The notes under the pieces were generated by a model. That model searched no databases, was not told the origin of the DNA, and saw nothing but the letters and a program-made list of their open reading frames with translations. A stretch of DNA of 64,000 nucleotides from an uncultured Chlamydiae bacterium (lineage in GTDB: Bacteria; Chlamydiota; Chlamydiia; Chlamydiales; JAJFMA01). Numbering within the stretch: position 1 is the first letter of the stretch; each line of letters opens with the position of its first letter. This document shows positions 60,433 to 64,000 of the stretch, piece after piece. The translations under genes and the position numbers were made by a program. The stretch covers positions 1,600,001-1,664,000 of the forward strand of contig CAVQMM010000001.1 in NCBI GenBank assembly GCA_963713615.1. The letters run 5' to 3'.

Positions 60433-60502
60433 AAAGAGAGCTCACACTTGTTCTTCATCATGTTGAAGAATACCACGCGTGGTATAAGTGTGAGCTCTCT
60501 TA
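60433..60502. terminator. Hairpin between convergent genes, interrupted by a 14-bp palindrome
   Basis: AAGAGAGCTCACACTT...AAGTGTGAGCTCTCTT stem with TACCACGCGTGGTA in one arm. Confidence 0.6.
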
Positions 60503-60513
60503 TTTCTGTATGC

Positions 60514-60918
60514 TTAAATCAGCGGTACACCTTCAACATGCTCTTCTCCCTGAGGTCCGCGATAGATAACTGCGTTCTTGCTCATATCCACGCGGTAGGT
60601 TAACACCCCGGCGGATGCGATGCCTTCTAAAAACTCGGGATAGGTGGTCTTCTGAGCCTGATTATTGCGTATTGAGTAGCGAAGCTTATCGACGTTAAAC
60701 TTCTGACTGACCGATTGTGAGTGTGGTGTGGGTGTTTGTGTAGCGCTGCCTTCAACAACCAGGCCACCCTTAGCGCGATAGACAATGCCGTGAGTGGCCA
60801 CATCAACTTCATATGACTCCACCCCAGCGCGCTTAAGAGCCTTATAAACTCGTGGAAAGGGCCATTTCTCACTGCGCGCTTGATCTACTATACCTGTAAT
60901 GTCGTCCTTGGTAAGCAT
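60514..60918 (-). CDS. DUF1398 family protein
   Basis: FPRVYKALKRAGVESYEVDV...YPEFLEGIASAGVLTYRVDM...Y. Confidence 0.85.
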   Translation of the reverse strand: MLTKDDITGIVDQARSEKWPFPRVYKALKRAGVESYEVDVATHGIVYRAKGGLVVEGSATQTPTPHSQSVSQKFNVDKLRYSIRNNQAQKTTYPEFLEGIASAGVLTYRVDMSKNAVIYRGPQGEEHVEGVPLI

Positions 60919-61059
60919 GCATCCTCCTATAGTGTGTTATGAGGCCGCTTATGACAGATTTTTTTTTAATAGCACAGCGAATTTAAAAAAATGTGTTAAA
61001 TACTATTTTTACTATAACACACGCGGTTAGATTGACACATTCAAGGAGAGAGGGAAGGG

Positions 61060-61262
61060 GGAGGAATTGGGACTAGGATTAGGATTTAGGATTTTTTACC
61101 GCAGATAGGAGAGAGAGAGAGAGGATTTAGGAGAGAATGTCCCGTTTGTGGAGCCTTGGACAAAATTCCTTCTAAGGGCATATGTGGGGCCATTATGTCC
61201 TATCTCGGTGTCTCGGCGCCTTGGCGGTAAAAAATCCTAATCCTAGTCCCAATTCCTCCCAT
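61060..61262. repeat. Degenerate palindromic element related to 43600-43962
   Basis: GGAATTGGGACTAGGATTAGGAT...TTTTACCGC / GCGGTAAAAAATCCTAATCCTAGTCCCAATTCC. The internal GAATGTCCCGTTTGTG..CCTTGG..AAAATT resembles 43655-43700. Confidence 0.7.
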
Positions 61263-61290
61263 TCTCTCTCTCCTCGAAGGCGCTATTTTG

Positions 61291-61450
61291 GGCCTTATTC
61301 ACCTTTGCGGTCAGTTTTCGGTCGACTGCAAAAGGATCGTCTGTCGCGTTTTGCTCCTCGGACATAGCTGGCGCTATGCCCTCGTCACAAACCACGACAT
61401 CCGACCTTTTTCGTCCGACCGAAATTCTGACCGTAAAGGTGAACAAGGCC
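61291..61450. mobile_element. 160-bp MITE, inverted copy of 39954-40113
   Basis: TSD CTATTTTG (61283-61290 and 61451-61458), which includes the stop codon of the adjacent gene. Confidence 0.92.
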
Positions 61451-62869
61451 CTATTTTGAATGTACATCTGCATCGAGATGACCCAACCGCATCTTCACCC
61501 ATTCGCGTAGGACTTCCTGATACCGGGTAATGCGCAGCTTTGATGAATCGTTACTAAGGTAAACATTCATTCGCATACCGCTTCGAGGATTTAAAATCCC
61601 CTCATCAGTCACAACAATACGCCCCTGAAGGCCATAAAACTCTTCTAATTCAGACGGATCTGTAGCATATCGCTCCAAAACCTCCCTGGTGGTAAGATGC
61701 GGTCCATCCACATAGGCTGGTCGTCCAAAGGCCCAGCTAGGGTACAAGACCTCTCCCGCAAAATCCCTAGGAATGAAAATCTGAACCAATAAGAAGTCAT
61801 CCGCAGGCTCCAAAAGCTGATAAATAGCCTCAAGCTGCTGCATCTCGCTGTCGGATCCACTCAAACCATACTTTTTAAGAATGGGTTTTAGAATGCGTGC
61901 CCTAAGGCTCTGCCGATTAGAATCCTTTGGCCCTACTTCTCGATTAAACCAAAATAACGGTGTACATTCTTCCCTGTTTTCCTCAAAACCTCCATAGAGA
62001 TCTGGCACAAGACACGATCCAAATAGCGATAAACTCACCGAAATTGCCCGTTCTCGAATGTCCCAACGATAGTCTGTGGCCGTCGTCAACTCGCCAAATT
62101 TGGCTAACAAAGCTCTGCCTTCCTCAGTTCCACTCAATGTACTGCGCCAGTCAGGTGCATCATACAACAATGGCTCACCCTTCTGCAGGCGTTCCCAAAT
62201 TTCTTTGCCATCATCAATCAACTGAACTTGAAAAATGCTCGTCTGATAGGTTCTTGTCTCATCAATGCCAAGCAACGCTCTGAGCTTGTTTGTCAAATGA
62301 CGCTCGGGAATCTGCGGATCCAGTGCAAAGTTCCAGAGAAGCCCGATCTCTTCGTCCGATAACTCGCCATAAGGACCAATCATTCCTACGGACTGAAGAA
62401 TCACTCGCATTTCCTCGATAGAGAGCTGAGGAAATTTCTGTTGCATAAAGTCCGTGAGCGTACCTTGATACCTTCCCGAAAGAGGATCCCTGAAAAAAAT
62501 AAAATCCTCAGCAACTTGCTCCCCTGTGGTCTCTTCATAAAGTAAGCGCTGGGTATCAAACACTAATCGCATTCCATTAACAGCGTGATAGACTGCGAAA
62601 TCATTCTCCTGGGATTCCTGCTCGGCACAAAGGGCTGAGATAATAGTCGATTCATTGGCATTAATAAAGTCGATAGCCTCGGCATCTCTTCCTTTTCCAT
62701 AGATAGCTCGAAACTGACTCATTGGAATGATCTTGAGATAGGCGCTGGTGGGACCCTTGTGATTTTCAAGTTTATTTAAGGTACCGATATTACAAGTATT
62801 CGGAATCGCACCAAACGCAATGGTCCAAGCACAAAGAAATAGCAGTAAGAATTTAAAACATTTTTTCAT
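61451..62869 (-). CDS. Secreted hypothetical protein
   Basis: Signal peptide MKKCFKFLLLFLCAWTIAFG; 472 aa; no recognised family. Confidence 0.8.
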   Translation of the reverse strand: MKKCFKFLLLFLCAWTIAFGAIPNTCNIGTLNKLENHKGPTSAYLKIIPMSQFRAIYGKGRDAEAIDFINANESTIISALCAEQESQENDFAVYHAVNGMRLVFDTQRLLYEETTGEQVAEDFIFFRDPLSGRYQGTLTDFMQQKFPQLSIEEMRVILQSVGMIGPYGELSDEEIGLLWNFALDPQIPERHLTNKLRALLGIDETRTYQTSIFQVQLIDDGKEIWERLQKGEPLLYDAPDWRSTLSGTEEGRALLAKFGELTTATDYRWDIRERAISVSLSLFGSCLVPDLYGGFEENREECTPLFWFNREVGPKDSNRQSLRARILKPILKKYGLSGSDSEMQQLEAIYQLLEPADDFLLVQIFIPRDFAGEVLYPSWAFGRPAYVDGPHLTTREVLERYATDPSELEEFYGLQGRIVVTDEGILNPRSGMRMNVYLSNDSSKLRITRYQEVLREWVKMRLGHLDADVHSK

Positions 62870-63044
62870 ATAAACCGAAATAGAGATTTTTTTATCATTA
62901 TACTAAAATACTAATATTTTTAATATATTGCAAATAACTAATATCACCCATAAAGCATCTGTTTAATAAATCAAAAAAGTACCATTTGAGAGGGTTTATC
63001 ATAGTACTGGACAAAAATGTCTATCGAAGCGATGTTTCAAGGTT

Positions 63045-63533
63045 ATGAAACAGTTGACGCGATTACTCTGCATCTTCTTTTGCTTTATAGCAGGTCCCAT
63101 CGCTGCCGGTGTAGACTATGTTGTTCTACAGCTGGCTGGGCTAGCTTGTCCTTTTTGCAATACCCACGTCATCCGCGTATTAGAACAGACACCTGGGGCA
63201 AACTATGTGCAAACAGACCTTGCTGTTAACCAAGTTCATTTCTATTGGGATTCGGATTACAGCTTTCAACCATGGTATTTTTGCAGCGTTGTCAAACGAG
63301 CAGGTTATGATCTAGTCAGCGTCTACGTCTGTGCATCTGGACAGATAAAAAAAAATGGAGATCAGTTCATTCTCACTTCATGTGATGATTCGATCTGCTA
63401 TGAGTTGTGCTATTGCGATCACATCATGCTTCCCGACAATACCTCCACAATCTATTCGGTCTGTGGATACCTTGGATGGGACGATGGTGGTCACATTTAT
63501 CTTCAAGTAGACGAAGTAGGTGAGTGTGACTAG
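63045..63533 (+). CDS. Secreted heavy-metal-associated (HMA-like) Cys-rich protein
   Basis: Signal peptide followed by GLACPFC (HMA CxxC)...VKRAGY. Confidence 0.7.
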   Translation: MKQLTRLLCIFFCFIAGPIAAGVDYVVLQLAGLACPFCNTHVIRVLEQTPGANYVQTDLAVNQVHFYWDSDYSFQPWYFCSVVKRAGYDLVSVYVCASGQIKKNGDQFILTSCDDSICYELCYCDHIMLPDNTSTIYSVCGYLGWDDGGHIYLQVDEVGECD

Positions 63534-64000
63534 AAAGCTTCCGATTTGTCGCCTTCTGTTACTGGCATTATCTACCCTCATATTACAAGGCCATGCATCG
63601 CCTGCAACATTTTTTCCAGGGATTGGATTAGGAGAGGGCGAGTTTTTCGGCGGTGTATTGTATTCCAAAATTTGTTCAGGAGAAAGACACCAAACCCCCG
63701 AGCATACTCATACGACGCTGCACCAAGAGACGTATCTCTTTACATACGGATTGCTCCCGAAACTCTTCGCTATTGGGGTAGTGCCCTACAGTCGAAATGA
63801 GCAACACACGGTCATTGATGGCCAACCAGCTCTACGCAAAAGCCACGGTTTGGGTGACATTACCTTCGGGCTTACCTGGTTACCTTACGTATGCAACGAA
63901 ATCGGCTCTACATCACGAATCTTGCTAACAGCCGGTTTTCAAGCTCCCACAGGAAAATTTAATGAAACGGATCAATTTGGTATGTTACCGCGAGGTCTGC
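63526..64000 (+). CDS. Outer membrane beta-barrel channel (MetA-pathway/transporter-like), partial
   Basis: Not in the ORF track because it is open to the window end. GTG 63526, signal peptide, VVPY...HGLGDITFG...AGFQAPTGKF. Confidence 0.7.
   Translation, partial: MTRKLPICRLLLLALSTLILQGHASPATFFPGIGLGEGEFFGGVLYSKICSGERHQTPEHTHTTLHQETYLFTYGLLPKLFAIGVVPYSRNEQHTVIDGQPALRKSHGLGDITFGLTWLPYVCNEIGSTSRILLTAGFQAPTGKFNETDQFGMLPRGL

Overview
The window looks like chromosome from an environmental Chlamydiota-type bacterium. This is inferred from a Legionella-MOMP/Lpg1974-type Cys-rich porin and an SycD/LcrH chaperone next to PxLxxP proteins. It has two parts. (1) Bases 1 to ~25,780 are the right part of a genomic island. 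The island ends in a displaced 3' half of a tRNA with a CAT anticodon (att site), preceded by three arm-like repeats. It carries an IS end next to a six-Cys CxxxC-repeat peptide with two membrane genes, Mrr, an HNH-type nuclease, a RelE/XRE toxin-antitoxin pair and a broken type III Mod gene. It also carries a tightly packed 5-gene candidate defence operon: a ClpB-like AAA+ ATPase, an NrdG-type radical SAM, a ~2800 aa Zn-ribbon/pseudokinase/DUF4011/SF1 helicase/Vsr-like nuclease protein with recent in-frame tandem expansions, a coiled-coil protein and a 51 aa basic protein. An ISKra4-like IS and a second truncated AAA copy lie upstream of that operon. (2) Bases ~25,900 to 64,000 are backbone: cobQ, photolyase, YtxH stress genes, outer membrane proteins, RNA methyltransferases, a tandemly duplicated Gly-rich T3SS translocator-like gene with its chaperone, copA, Usp, an antiporter, acyl-CoA dehydrogenase, mutM and an RNB nuclease. 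The intergenic spaces hold several families of MITEs and REP-like palindromes, often nested and several with clean target-site duplications. All family assignments come from motif recognition; no searches were run.
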